A DNA stretch of 64,000 bases from a virus (lineage: Duplodnaviria > Caudoviricetes): IMG/VR virus record IMGVR_UViG_3300001765_000038, positions 1-64,000 of that record, one strand, 5' to 3'. The position numbers and the translations under genes are program-made. Positions within the stretch are counted from its first letter, which is position 1; the number at the start of each line of letters is the position of its first letter. The notes under the pieces are model-generated. The model saw only the letters and a list, made by a program, of their open reading frames with translations, was not told the DNA's origin and ran no database searches. Positions 1 through 9,308 of this stretch are shown piece after piece.

Positions 1-787
1 CTTGAAGTTTGATAACTTCTTGAGCATATTCTTCTTCTAGTGCTTCAATTCTTGCTGCTGCAACTGATTCAACTGCTGCTTCAAAAATTGTCGTTGCTTT
101 AGTTTGAAACTCTTCTGAAAGTTCTTCACCGTTAAACAATGCATCCATATGTTCTTTAACCCCTACTGGATTCTTGTCTGAACCTTTTTGAAGTTCTGTT
201 CCAGCATTATTGCGTGATGAATCAGGATTTTCTGAACCACCAGCTGAAGGTCCACCATTTGCAACCTTGCCGCCAGATTCTTTCTTACTCATACCAACCT
301 TAAGTCTAGCATTATCACCATTATCATCAGTAGCGCCAGATGAAGGAGGGGCAGCAAGTTTACCTGCAGCACCTTCTTTGCGTGAAAGACCAGCCTTTAA
401 TTTAGCAGTTTTGCCAGCATCACCTGCTGAATCACCACCGTTAGAAACTAATGTGCCAAATGGATCATTACCTTCTTTAACTTCTACTTTATTCTTCTTA
501 CCGCTATCTTTAGAATAATCTGTTTGACCATCATCAGATCCATCACCATCACCATCGGTATCTTGTCCATCTTCATCACCATCTGGTTCTGAATCATCTG
601 TTGAATCTTCAGCTGAATCATCATCATTAGAATCACCATCATCTTCGTCAGTGATAGTAGTACCGCCTTTAGTTTTGATGGTTTCTTTACCTTCTTCTAA
701 ATCTTCGATGGATTCTTCTGAAAGAAGCTCGTCGCTGCTATCTTGCTTTGCTTCCATCAGTGTCTTAATGCGTTCTTCTAAAGTCAT
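1..787 (-). CDS. gp22: Prohead core scaffold protein (gp22), runs off the left edge; missing from the ORF track
   Basis: Manual translation from ATG at 787 (AAGGAG RBS at 795-800): MTLEERIKTLMEAKQD...acidic tract...EHMDALFNGEELSEEFQTKATTIFEAAV...; the last motif is typical of gp22, and the gene lies directly downstream of gp21. Confidence 0.9.
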   Translation of the reverse strand, partial: MTLEERIKTLMEAKQDSSDELLSEESIEDLEEGKETIKTKGGTTITDEDDGDSNDDDSAEDSTDDSEPDGDEDGQDTDGDGDGSDDGQTDYSKDSGKKNKVEVKEGNDPFGTLVSNGGDSAGDAGKTAKLKAGLSRKEGAAGKLAAPPSSGATDDNGDNARLKVGMSKKESGGKVANGGPSAGGSENPDSSRNNAGTELQKGSDKNPVGVKEHMDALFNGEELSEEFQTKATTIFEAAVESVAAARIEALEEEYAQEVIKLQ

Positions 788-815
788 GTTGTAACTCCTT
801 GTTTATCTATGATAA

Positions 816-823
816 TATTTATT
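816..823 (-). promoter_or_regulatory. T4-type late promoter variant (AATAAATA) upstream of gp22
   Basis: Plus-strand tatttatt about 30 nt upstream of the gp22 ATG; 7/8 match to TATAAATA. Confidence 0.55.
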
Positions 824-841
824 AAAAGTGGGTTTTCACCC
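824..841 (-). terminator. Possible weak intrinsic terminator after gp21
   Basis: Minus strand GGGT-GAAA-ACCC followed by ACTTTT; only a 4-bp stem with a GNRA loop. Confidence 0.3.
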
Positions 842-874
842 TCACATTAAAATCCATCAATAATGATTGTTGTA

Positions 875-1510
875 TTACTTAGTTTTTAATTCTTCTATCA
901 ACCTTGAAAATTCTTTAATGAATCTCGCTTCGTCAATACGATTTTTTGCTTTATCAATAGTCATTTCAATAATACGACCATCATCAAGCATTTTATAATC
1001 AACTGATTCCATAATACCATTTACCCAACATCCAGGACCTGAGGGATCTGATACTAAATCAATTGCTGAAATGAAAAAATCATTTTTAACATAATTTTGT
1101 CCATTTTTCTCGTAAATAGAACCTAAACCACGAGTTGAAACTCCAAGTTTGATTCCTTCATCAATAAGACTTTTTGCAATAATTCCCATAGGAGTTTCCA
1201 TGATCTTTGCACGACCATTAACATAATTACCTTCCATCTTAAGATTTTCAATAACATGTGAAACTCGATCAAGATTAATACCAGGACCTTGTGGATGATT
1301 TAATTCACCCATAGCGCGTTTTTGTGAAATATATTCACTGCCATATTTTTGTAATGCTGCTTCCATAACATCACCTGGATATATACGACCATTGCGATTT
1401 GGTTCATTAGCAGTTGCCCATCTTCCTTCGACGTAATATTTTTTGCCTTGTTGAGTATTTTCAACTAAACATTCGATTTCTTGATCGACAAATTCTGATA
1501 ATAGTTTCAT
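875..1510 (-). CDS. gp21: Prohead protease (gp21)
   Basis: NRNGRIYP, GELNHP, RVSHVI, GVSTRGLGS and DLVSDPS motifs; position between portal/gp67 and gp22. Confidence 0.97.
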   Translation of the reverse strand: MKLLSEFVDQEIECLVENTQQGKKYYVEGRWATANEPNRNGRIYPGDVMEAALQKYGSEYISQKRAMGELNHPQGPGINLDRVSHVIENLKMEGNYVNGRAKIMETPMGIIAKSLIDEGIKLGVSTRGLGSIYEKNGQNYVKNDFFISAIDLVSDPSGPGCWVNGIMESVDYKMLDDGRIIEMTIDKAKNRIDEARFIKEFSRLIEELKTK

Positions 1511-1520
1511 GATTGATTCC

Positions 1521-2066
1521 TTAAAATACTGTTCTGAATGCTGTTACTTTTCCTAATGCACCACCAACCGCAACAGTGAAATTCAAACGACCATAAACAT
1601 ATGGCTTAGAAACATCAATGATTGCAGATTGATTAGCAGTAAGTGCTGCAGATGCGGGTGATCCAGCATCAACCCAATTTACACCATTTAATGAAGCTTC
1701 AATTTTTGCAGTAACAGTACCAGTACTATTTGTAACGATTTGAACTGCACCAGATGGATAAGAACCCCAACCCCATGTAAATGATTCTTGTGGTCCCGTT
1801 GCTGTAGCATTAAAAATATTAGTATAAATCTGTCCTGGGACTCTAATTTTTGAATTAGTGCAAGCAATAGTAAAATGAGTACTATCTGCTACTGTAACAA
1901 TCGCACCAGAAAATTGAACTGGAAATTCCTGATCCATAAATGTTACAACATCAGTTGCAACTAATCCATGTGGTGCTACTGTTTCGATAGTAAGAACATC
2001 AGCTAACCATGATTGTGTCTTTACAGTAATTGTTCTTGTTATTGGATATACTTTTCTTGAACTCAT
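1521..2066 (-). CDS. Hypothetical beta-rich protein at the gp68 position, possibly a head-associated structural protein
   Basis: 181 aa; N-half TIETVAPHGLVATDVVTF small beta-barrel motif; C-half KIEASLNGVNW beta-sandwich-like; no obvious gp68 similarity by eye. Confidence 0.6.
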   Translation of the reverse strand: MSSRKVYPITRTITVKTQSWLADVLTIETVAPHGLVATDVVTFMDQEFPVQFSGAIVTVADSTHFTIACTNSKIRVPGQIYTNIFNATATGPQESFTWGWGSYPSGAVQIVTNSTGTVTAKIEASLNGVNWVDAGSPASAALTANQSAIIDVSKPYVYGRLNFTVAVGGALGKVTAFRTVF

Positions 2067-2255
2067 TTAAATTTCCTCTTCGTATGAACCTTCTTTGAAT
2101 CCATTAAAATATTGATCAGCAACTTGAACTTTGTGATCTTCTAATCGATCTGAAACTTTTTGACTAATAACAGCTTGAAATAAATCTGTTGCTGTAGCAA
2201 CATCATTTTTTGCAATTGCTCCAAGCATTTGTTCTATATTTTCTTTAATTATCAT
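2067..2255 (-). CDS. gp67: Prohead core protein (gp67-like)
   Basis: 62-aa helical protein (ATDLFQAVISQKVSDRLEDHKVQVA) immediately after the portal gene. Confidence 0.75.
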   Translation of the reverse strand: MIIKENIEQMLGAIAKNDVATATDLFQAVISQKVSDRLEDHKVQVADQYFNGFKEGSYEEEI

Positions 2256-2257
2256 AA

Positions 2258-3994
2258 TTAGTTTCCTTTACCTTGAAATGGATATTTGTCATCTTGCCCA
2301 TCATCCTGAGGTGCAGCATATGGATCACCACCGTCTGGTGTGCCACCGCCCATCATAGGATCACCGCCACCCATTGATGGATCACCACCCATTGATGGAT
2401 CACCACCCATCATAGGTGGCTGCGCCATTTGTTGTTGACTCCAGAATTGTGCAGTTGGATCATCCTTCTCTGAATCAATTTCTTCCTTCATTTGTTCAAT
2501 ATCTTCATCAGTCATCTGTAATACATTCTGTTGGATCCATTCTTTACTAAAATAATTACCAACATACATATTAGCACTTTGTAACATTAAAAATCTTGAA
2601 TTCCAAATATCTTGATTTTTTAATTCAGCAAAATAATTATCACGTTGATATCTAAAACGCAATTTTTCAACAATCTCTTCCCACTCTTCATTATTTATAA
2701 TTCCCTTGAGAATCAATTGTACTTTTAATGCTTCATAGAATAAAACAGAAAATTTACGACGAAGTTTCTCAATAAACTTTTGGAACTTTAATTCATCTCG
2801 TGTAATTTCATTTCCACGACCTATCGAAAAACCAGTTTCAGATTTCATTCTAGAAATAGGCACATTTAATGCTTGATACATTTTTTCTTGAAATTGTATA
2901 AGAACATCAATTTGTCCCTGAAGATTTTGAGCACCAGGTAATGTAGTAATTTCAGTACCCTTGCCACCATCTCGTCTCGGCATCCAAAAATCTTCAAGCA
3001 TGCTCATATATTTTTTATCATCACGAACTTCACCAGTTTTTGCATCATATACCATCTTGTTTCTATAACGATTCATCAAATCTTTCACATATTGTTCTGC
3101 TTTAAGTTTTGGTAAATTTCCCACATCAACATAAAATATCCTACGTTCAGGAGCACGAGCAATAGTGTAAACAACAGTTGCATCTTCCAACATCCTTAGC
3201 TGATTAATGGGACGAATTGCTTTATGTAGGTATGACAGACAATTACCATTTTGATTCTGTGTATCAAAATGGCCAGACGGGCAATATATAATTGAATCTG
3301 GACTTATTTTAATTCCTTGTACTGATGCAGATGTACTTGTGTTTGTTGAAACCGTTGATGACAATGCACCAAAACCTGCTTCGTTATACACATAATATTC
3401 TACAACATTTTTAACAGCATCAACTCCCATTGGAGTTTTTTCACGAATTACTTCTTTTACTTTACGAATTTTTGTTGATTCTAATGGACGCAGATCTACA
3501 ATACCTCTATTTGGATTTGCTTTATCTACAATAATTTGATAGAATAATCTTCCATCAACATACCAACGTCTAAAAATATCTGATGACATTGATGTATATT
3601 TGAGTTTATTGAGAATGTCTTTAAATTCATTTTCGATCTTCATTTTTAGATTATCTGATATGTCTAGATCATCTAAAATAACATCAATTTGGGGTGTATC
3701 ATTTTCATGTGGTATTGCTTCATTGATAATATCTTGAATAGCAATATCGACTTCTGGATATAATGCCATTTGACGATATAATGTGATTGCTGCAATATCA
3801 CTCTTAACGGCACCATCAATGTCCATATAGACGCCATAATAAGCGCCACCAATAGACGGAGAGACGATGGTTGAGCCATCGTCATTGTAGGGTGTCCCTA
3901 CAGCAGCAGATTCGTCTTCTGCTGCAGGGATTTTCTCTATATTTAATCCAAAAAAATTTTGGATATATTGTTGTGCATCTTCAAATAACTTCAT
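2258..3994 (-). CDS. gp20: Portal vertex protein (gp20)
   Basis: WYVDGR, YLHKAIRPINQLRMLEDA, RAPERRIFYVDVGNLPKLKAEQY, MLEDFWMPRRDGGKGTEITTLPG, EITRDELKF motifs. Confidence 0.98.
   Translation of the reverse strand: MKLFEDAQQYIQNFFGLNIEKIPAAEDESAAVGTPYNDDGSTIVSPSIGGAYYGVYMDIDGAVKSDIAAITLYRQMALYPEVDIAIQDIINEAIPHENDTPQIDVILDDLDISDNLKMKIENEFKDILNKLKYTSMSSDIFRRWYVDGRLFYQIIVDKANPNRGIVDLRPLESTKIRKVKEVIREKTPMGVDAVKNVVEYYVYNEAGFGALSSTVSTNTSTSASVQGIKISPDSIIYCPSGHFDTQNQNGNCLSYLHKAIRPINQLRMLEDATVVYTIARAPERRIFYVDVGNLPKLKAEQYVKDLMNRYRNKMVYDAKTGEVRDDKKYMSMLEDFWMPRRDGGKGTEITTLPGAQNLQGQIDVLIQFQEKMYQALNVPISRMKSETGFSIGRGNEITRDELKFQKFIEKLRRKFSVLFYEALKVQLILKGIINNEEWEEIVEKLRFRYQRDNYFAELKNQDIWNSRFLMLQSANMYVGNYFSKEWIQQNVLQMTDEDIEQMKEEIDSEKDDPTAQFWSQQQMAQPPMMGGDPSMGGDPSMGGGDPMMGGGTPDGGDPYAAPQDDGQDDKYPFQGKGN
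2340..2415 (-). repeat. GGDPxM low-complexity repeat in the portal C-terminus
   Basis: ccacccattgatggatca occurs twice in tandem (2367-2402) with degenerate flanking copies; encodes MMGGDPSMGGDPSMGGGDPMMGG. Confidence 0.8.
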
Positions 3995-4026
3995 TTTATT
4001 CTTTCATAACAATGTTTAAAATTCAA

Positions 4027-4581
4027 TTAGAACAACTGGCGATTTAAATTTGGGAAATTAAAATTAGTATCAAACCAAGCATAAACTAATGTTACCTGGA
4101 AATCCTCAACAACATCATTGTTATTAAACGCCAATGGAATTTCAGCAATGTTTGTGGGCCACGTTCCAACAAATCTATAAGATTTGAGTGCAGCACCATT
4201 TCTATCTAATTGATGTACCATCATATCAGCTGAATATGCTGTTGGTGTGGTAACACCTGTATTATAGACTAAATCATTTACTGAATTTGACCATGATTCA
4301 AAAGCATTTCTAATCGCAAAGTCTGTATCATTAAGAATCGTTACAGTCCATGGATTAAATCGTCTTTCGCCTGCTAATGGTAATTCGCGTCCTCTGAAAT
4401 AAACTGGTGCAACACCTACTTCAAAACTAGGTAATGAAGCGGCAGTACACATAAATTGGGCCTTGCGGCCCGCTAATGCAGCATTGACTGCCAATCCAAC
4501 AGGGAAAGTTAATTCCACACGAAATTGGTTGGGACGAGCGCCCCCTCCAATTAGATTTGATTTAAATTCTTGTAGTGACAT
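4027..4581 (-). CDS. gp19: Tail tube protein (gp19)
   Basis: GGARPNQFRV, LPLAGERRFNPWTVTILNDTDF, WPTNIAEIPL motifs; follows the sheath gene. Confidence 0.97.
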   Translation of the reverse strand: MSLQEFKSNLIGGGARPNQFRVELTFPVGLAVNAALAGRKAQFMCTAASLPSFEVGVAPVYFRGRELPLAGERRFNPWTVTILNDTDFAIRNAFESWSNSVNDLVYNTGVTTPTAYSADMMVHQLDRNGAALKSYRFVGTWPTNIAEIPLAFNNNDVVEDFQVTLVYAWFDTNFNFPNLNRQLF

Positions 4582-4593
4582 ACTTATCTCCTA

Positions 4594-6888
4594 TTATCCA
4601 CCAATTACGGTACTAAAATTAACACCTGTCTTAGTTGCAATAAAGTTAAGATAGATAAAGTTAATCGAACGAGCGGGCTTAACATATATATCTGCAATAA
4701 ATTCATTGCGATCAATAACTTCACCGGTGTTATTTGTTTCATCACAAATGACCATAAAGTCAGTTATGCCACGACGACCCTGAACATCACGCAAGAATGG
4801 TTCAACCATATTCTTAAATTGTGCTCTAGTGAATGAATCGTTGAATTCAAACAACTGATATTTAGCCGCAGTGCTGATAGATTTTTCAAGAATAATAAAC
4901 AAACGACGCACATTGATACGGTCAAATGCACTTGGTTTTTCTTGCATTGTACGATCACCAAATAACACTGTACCTGATCCTGGGAATGTTACAACAGGAT
5001 TAATACCCTTTGGATAAAGAATATCACGTTCAGCTTGTGAAGGAACATAATTCAACTTAATCACATTGCGAATTGAACCGCGGTTAAATCCGCCGGGACT
5101 CCACCATGGATCTGTTAATTGATCTGTTCTTGCACAAACACCAGCAATGTCACCGTTCAATGGGATCCAACGATACTTACGATTATAAGCATCATAAATG
5201 TATTTATAACCTGTATCAATAATACCATAAGATTGATAAAGATCAGCAAGATTTAAGCCATCTTTAAATGCAATTAAATCCTCAACCATTGTTGATTTGT
5301 TAATGAATGGTGTAGCAAATTCAGTTGTTACTGAAACAACTCCACTGTTTCTTGTATATGAAATTTTATGTGGTGATGCAAACGTTACACAATCACGTCT
5401 TGTCTGTGCCATTTCAACTGCATGTCTAATAACAGCAATTGGATGATTGCCTGTAATGATCAAATTAACATCAATTTCTTCTGGATTAGCTAATCTATCG
5501 TATGCATCATTAATTTCAGAAGGAGTACAAGCAGCACCTGCTAAACCACCTGATAATGTATATGACACTTTAGCTGTAAAATCAGCAAACTTTTGATCAG
5601 TACCAGAAACATCAAATGCATATGAACCCCATGCAAATGTAGAAATATTATCTGCAACTTCAACACTTGTCGAAGGATGAGAATTCCAATATGCATATGC
5701 TGATTGTGCATTAACTACATCACCGTAAAACATTGATGTGTTTTTATAATCGACTGCATCAACAGCTTTTGAACAATAATTGAATACTTCCAATACACTG
5801 TTTGCTGTATTTGTGATTTGACCTGTATTATCAATGATCAATACTGAAAGTTCATCAGATTTTGTAGTAGGTGTTGCTGTAGCGCGACCACCAACAAAAG
5901 ATGACGTACCAGGAATTGCAGGAAGGAATTCAGTGTAATTTTTGCCAGAATAATCTACCATTGCTGAATCAGCCGCAACTAAATCATAGTTACCAGCATC
6001 AATCAAAACAATCTTAAGTGCATTACCTGCAGTACCAGGTTGTTTAGCAATGAATGTGCCTGAAGCAGACAAAAGATTATTTGACCATTTGTCAGCATAG
6101 TCATCATAGTTCTTAACAAGAATCGATGCAGCAGAAGTCTTTGTAGAAGCCACCGTACCTGTACGATCTTCACCAGCTACAGTACCAGTAACAGTAAATC
6201 TATTAATATCTAACACTGTACCTTGAGTTCCGATAACTGCCATGTTTGAATCAGTTGTAGTATAGGTAATTGTATCATTATCTACTCTAGTAACTTGATA
6301 TGTACCGTTATATCCTGCTGGAGAAACACCAGCAATTGTTACCCAATCACCAGTAACTAAATCGTGTGCTGTTGCAGTATTTACAGTAGCTATAGTCCCA
6401 GATGAAGAACCAGATAATGTAGCAACAGTAGTAGTGTTAAGAGTTGCAACTGTATATGCACCATCAGCAGGAGCAGGAGTGCCTGTAAAATCTAATGTTA
6501 ATTCCTGACCTACGGTATACAAATGATGAACGATTTTAACGTTAATCGTAGTTGAACCTGTGGATTGGGTAAAATCACCATATTTAGTAACACTAGTAAT
6601 GTTTCCAGTTTGTGAGGCATTCATACATCCTGTAGGAGCAGCGCGAACAACCCAACATTTATTAGTATAACCTAAAAACTGTGACACAGAAAACCAAGAA
6701 CCATAGTTTATATCGTTTGGTTGTCCGAATACTTCAACCAATTTATCTTCTGATGAGATAAGAATTGGTGTTTCAATTGGGCCTTTAGTAAAATCACCGG
6801 CCAAACCGCCGATAGATGACGCTACATTAGGTACAATTGTTGAGAAATCTTTTTCCTTAATAAGGACGCCTGGGCTCAATAATGGCAT
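4594..6888 (-). CDS. gp18: Tail sheath protein (gp18) with inserted beta-barrel domains
   Basis: LSPGVLIKEKD start, WWSPGGFNRG, RDILYPKGINPV, LFGDRT, FDRINVRRLF, FEFNDSFTR, KPARSINFI motifs. Confidence 0.98.
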   Translation of the reverse strand: MPLLSPGVLIKEKDFSTIVPNVASSIGGLAGDFTKGPIETPILISSEDKLVEVFGQPNDINYGSWFSVSQFLGYTNKCWVVRAAPTGCMNASQTGNITSVTKYGDFTQSTGSTTINVKIVHHLYTVGQELTLDFTGTPAPADGAYTVATLNTTTVATLSGSSSGTIATVNTATAHDLVTGDWVTIAGVSPAGYNGTYQVTRVDNDTITYTTTDSNMAVIGTQGTVLDINRFTVTGTVAGEDRTGTVASTKTSAASILVKNYDDYADKWSNNLLSASGTFIAKQPGTAGNALKIVLIDAGNYDLVAADSAMVDYSGKNYTEFLPAIPGTSSFVGGRATATPTTKSDELSVLIIDNTGQITNTANSVLEVFNYCSKAVDAVDYKNTSMFYGDVVNAQSAYAYWNSHPSTSVEVADNISTFAWGSYAFDVSGTDQKFADFTAKVSYTLSGGLAGAACTPSEINDAYDRLANPEEIDVNLIITGNHPIAVIRHAVEMAQTRRDCVTFASPHKISYTRNSGVVSVTTEFATPFINKSTMVEDLIAFKDGLNLADLYQSYGIIDTGYKYIYDAYNRKYRWIPLNGDIAGVCARTDQLTDPWWSPGGFNRGSIRNVIKLNYVPSQAERDILYPKGINPVVTFPGSGTVLFGDRTMQEKPSAFDRINVRRLFIILEKSISTAAKYQLFEFNDSFTRAQFKNMVEPFLRDVQGRRGITDFMVICDETNNTGEVIDRNEFIADIYVKPARSINFIYLNFIATKTGVNFSTVIGG

Positions 6889-6921
6889 AACTTATACTCC
6901 TTTATATGTGTTTTTATAATA

Positions 6922-7001
6922 TATTTATTATCATATATTTATGAATAAAATTAACTTAACGCCACTCAAAATACCAGTTAAGTTTTATTGTAATATTTAT
7001 G
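6922..7001 (-). promoter_or_regulatory. Three ATAAATA late-promoter boxes upstream of gp18
   Basis: AATAAATA (6922-6929), CATAAATA (6936-6943), CATAAATA (6994-7001); each a 7/8 match to TATAAATA. Confidence 0.55.
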
Positions 7002-7947
7002 TTTTTGCATTATTTAGCGATAAATAGAGGTTTTCAATGATATGAGTTCTAAGATCCAAAATGTCTGTTCTATTAAACGTATCTATGATAAACATCACAA
7101 ACGATACATGACCAGATTTTAATGAAAAGTCTATAATGAAATTTTGAACTTCTCTCAGCGATCCAAATTCTAACAACAGAGTCATCATATTATAATACAT
7201 ATCATTGTACTCTTTAGTATTGAATAATTCCATAATCAAATATTGAAGCACATACATTCTAAATGACATCTTTTCATGCTTAGTATGCTGAAGATATAAC
7301 TTACAATACTTAACAACATCAAACGATTTTTCATTTCTAACGAAATGTTGAATAGCAAACCAAAGTGCATGAGTATTACCAGTTTCTTCAAAATCGTCAA
7401 TACATAGTTTAGTGTACCAAGTATCTTTTTTAAGATGATTATTTACATGATGATGTAGCCAAATATCAGTTCTGAATTCATTACTTTCACCATCAAGCGG
7501 TTCTAAAAACTCATGAATTCTGTTTTTCCATTGATAATATTTATTCTTGAAGAATTTTTTATTTCCTTCTTTGTATTCTTTCCATTCACCATCTTCTTGC
7601 AAACTATTCACTCGACACCATGCTGCTGTACAAGAAGGATTATTATGTATTGCATCTTCTAATTTTTTGCGCCATCCTTCTTCTAAAATTTCATCAAAAT
7701 CTACTGTAACTATCCAATCAACATCATCTGGTACTAATGTTAGGGTTGCATTTCGTGCTTTAGAAAAATTAAATGGTTCAAATATTTCCTGTGTTACTAT
7801 ACAATTAGCATCTTTAAGTAATTGCATAGAATTATCAGTTGATCCAGTATCAACTACTACTGTAATATCAGCTTCTTTTGCTGCATCTAACCATTTTGGA
7901 ATATATGTTTCTTCATTTTTACAAATAGCAGTTATAGCGATTTTCAT
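6997..7947 (-). CDS. GT2-family glycosyltransferase with helical (TPR-like) C-terminus
   Basis: AICKNEE, VVVDTGSTDNS, FNFSKARN, DxD motif (VDFDE), NRIHE; GT-A fold typical of GT2/TPR protein glycosyltransferases. Confidence 0.85.
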   Translation of the reverse strand: MKIAITAICKNEETYIPKWLDAAKEADITVVVDTGSTDNSMQLLKDANCIVTQEIFEPFNFSKARNATLTLVPDDVDWIVTVDFDEILEEGWRKKLEDAIHNNPSCTAAWCRVNSLQEDGEWKEYKEGNKKFFKNKYYQWKNRIHEFLEPLDGESNEFRTDIWLHHHVNNHLKKDTWYTKLCIDDFEETGNTHALWFAIQHFVRNEKSFDVVKYCKLYLQHTKHEKMSFRMYVLQYLIMELFNTKEYNDMYYNMMTLLLEFGSLREVQNFIIDFSLKSGHVSFVMFIIDTFNRTDILDLRTHIIENLYLSLNNAKT

Positions 7948-7948
7948 A

Positions 7949-8758
7949 TCAATATTGTCCTAAGTTATATTCATTAAAAAGTTCACTTATCCTCATTGCC
8001 CAATCAACATGCGGATCATTATTTATCGGATTCATATGATTTGCTAAACTTGGAATAGGTCTCAAACCTAAATTTCTTTTTGTAAATTCCCACAGTTGTG
8101 GTTCTCTATCATGCACATCATTGTTTATATATGCCTTTTTAATATATTCATTTTGAATGAGTTTTTGTTTATAGAAAAAAGTATGATGAGATGAATTAGA
8201 TTGTGCCCATACACGATGTTTAGAATGAAATAAACGATAATCGAGTTTGCCTTGTGTTAATGTACTATCTTCTAGATACATTGATGGTTCATTGCTAGGA
8301 TGTAAAATAAAATCTGTGTTTTCATATCCATGTAAAATCTTTTGTTGATTTGTAAAAATTTCATCTATAGCAATTATAGATTCTTTAAGAAAAATGTAAT
8401 CATCTTCAACATGACATATAATATCTTCAGGATTGAAAGTAATTATTTTGTTATATGCAACATTCAACCAAGACAAATATTGCCCAACTCCAAGACCCAA
8501 TGCATCAATATCGCCATGAGGTTTTACTTCAATGAATTCAGTAATTTTTTGATTCATGAAAAAATCTGTTAATCTAGATGTTAATCGATCTGCGATAATA
8601 TAGATTTCTGGAACAATCTTTGCATGTTTAAATGAATCAATCAGTGATATAAATGATAAAATAGAAAGTTCAGTTTTACCTAAATTATATAATCTACCGC
8701 CGCCGTGAATACTTAAAATTTTTGAATCATGTGTCGTAAAAACAATTTTATATGTCAT
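7949..8758 (-). CDS. Putative GT-A fold glycosyltransferase
   Basis: ICHVEDDYIF acidic motif; C-terminal RPIPSLANHM shared with 11937..12731. Confidence 0.65.
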   Translation of the reverse strand: MTYKIVFTTHDSKILSIHGGGRLYNLGKTELSILSFISLIDSFKHAKIVPEIYIIADRLTSRLTDFFMNQKITEFIEVKPHGDIDALGLGVGQYLSWLNVAYNKIITFNPEDIICHVEDDYIFLKESIIAIDEIFTNQQKILHGYENTDFILHPSNEPSMYLEDSTLTQGKLDYRLFHSKHRVWAQSNSSHHTFFYKQKLIQNEYIKKAYINNDVHDREPQLWEFTKRNLGLRPIPSLANHMNPINNDPHVDWAMRISELFNEYNLGQY

Positions 8759-9306
8759 TTCAATCCTAATTTAAGTTTTTCTTCAGGAGTGTAAAGATTT
8801 ATATCATGATTCATTATATAATGCTGAGTCAATCCACCTAAAAATGAATGATACAACCATGGTCTGAAAAACACACATTGATTGGGTTTTAATGTGACAC
8901 TTGTAATACAATCCCATTCTAAAATATTATTATTATACGAATTTAATCTTGGGTTTGATAAAGCATCTTCAGTACCATCACTATGTTTATATAATTGAAA
9001 TTGTGTTTCAACTAATGCAATAGTAAAACACCAGTCTAATGGTGTTTTAAAATCTTCATAATGAATATTGATCATAGGTTTTCTGAATACACCAGAATTT
9101 TGTTCATCTATCACTAATTTATCATCTTGACACATATGTCTAAATCTACCTAATAAAGAAGGATCGATCATGTTAAAATCATCTACTTCATCACCAAACT
9201 TTTTAGGCACATAACGCAAATCATAAACAGCACCTGCTATATCATGAATATCATTATAAAAATTATCAATATACATCAATTTAACTAAAGCGACTGAAAC
9301 TGTCAT
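8755..9306 (-). CDS. Putative 2OG-Fe(II) oxygenase-like protein (DUF6445-like)
   Basis: YIDNFYND start, HxD/E-type motif (IHYED), distal His in FRPWLYHS after KPNQCVFF. Confidence 0.6.
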   Translation of the reverse strand: MTVSVALVKLMYIDNFYNDIHDIAGAVYDLRYVPKKFGDEVDDFNMIDPSLLGRFRHMCQDDKLVIDEQNSGVFRKPMINIHYEDFKTPLDWCFTIALVETQFQLYKHSDGTEDALSNPRLNSYNNNILEWDCITSVTLKPNQCVFFRPWLYHSFLGGLTQHYIMNHDINLYTPEEKLKLGLK

Positions 9307-9308
9307 AT

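Noticed and set aside
210-518. Plus-strand 102-aa ORF
   Set aside because: Antisense shadow of gp22, which is the real gene on the minus strand
5201-5208. TATAAATA inside gp18
   Set aside because: Falls on conserved coding sequence (GYKY) about 620 nt upstream of gp19; 8-mers like this arise by chance in AT-rich DNA
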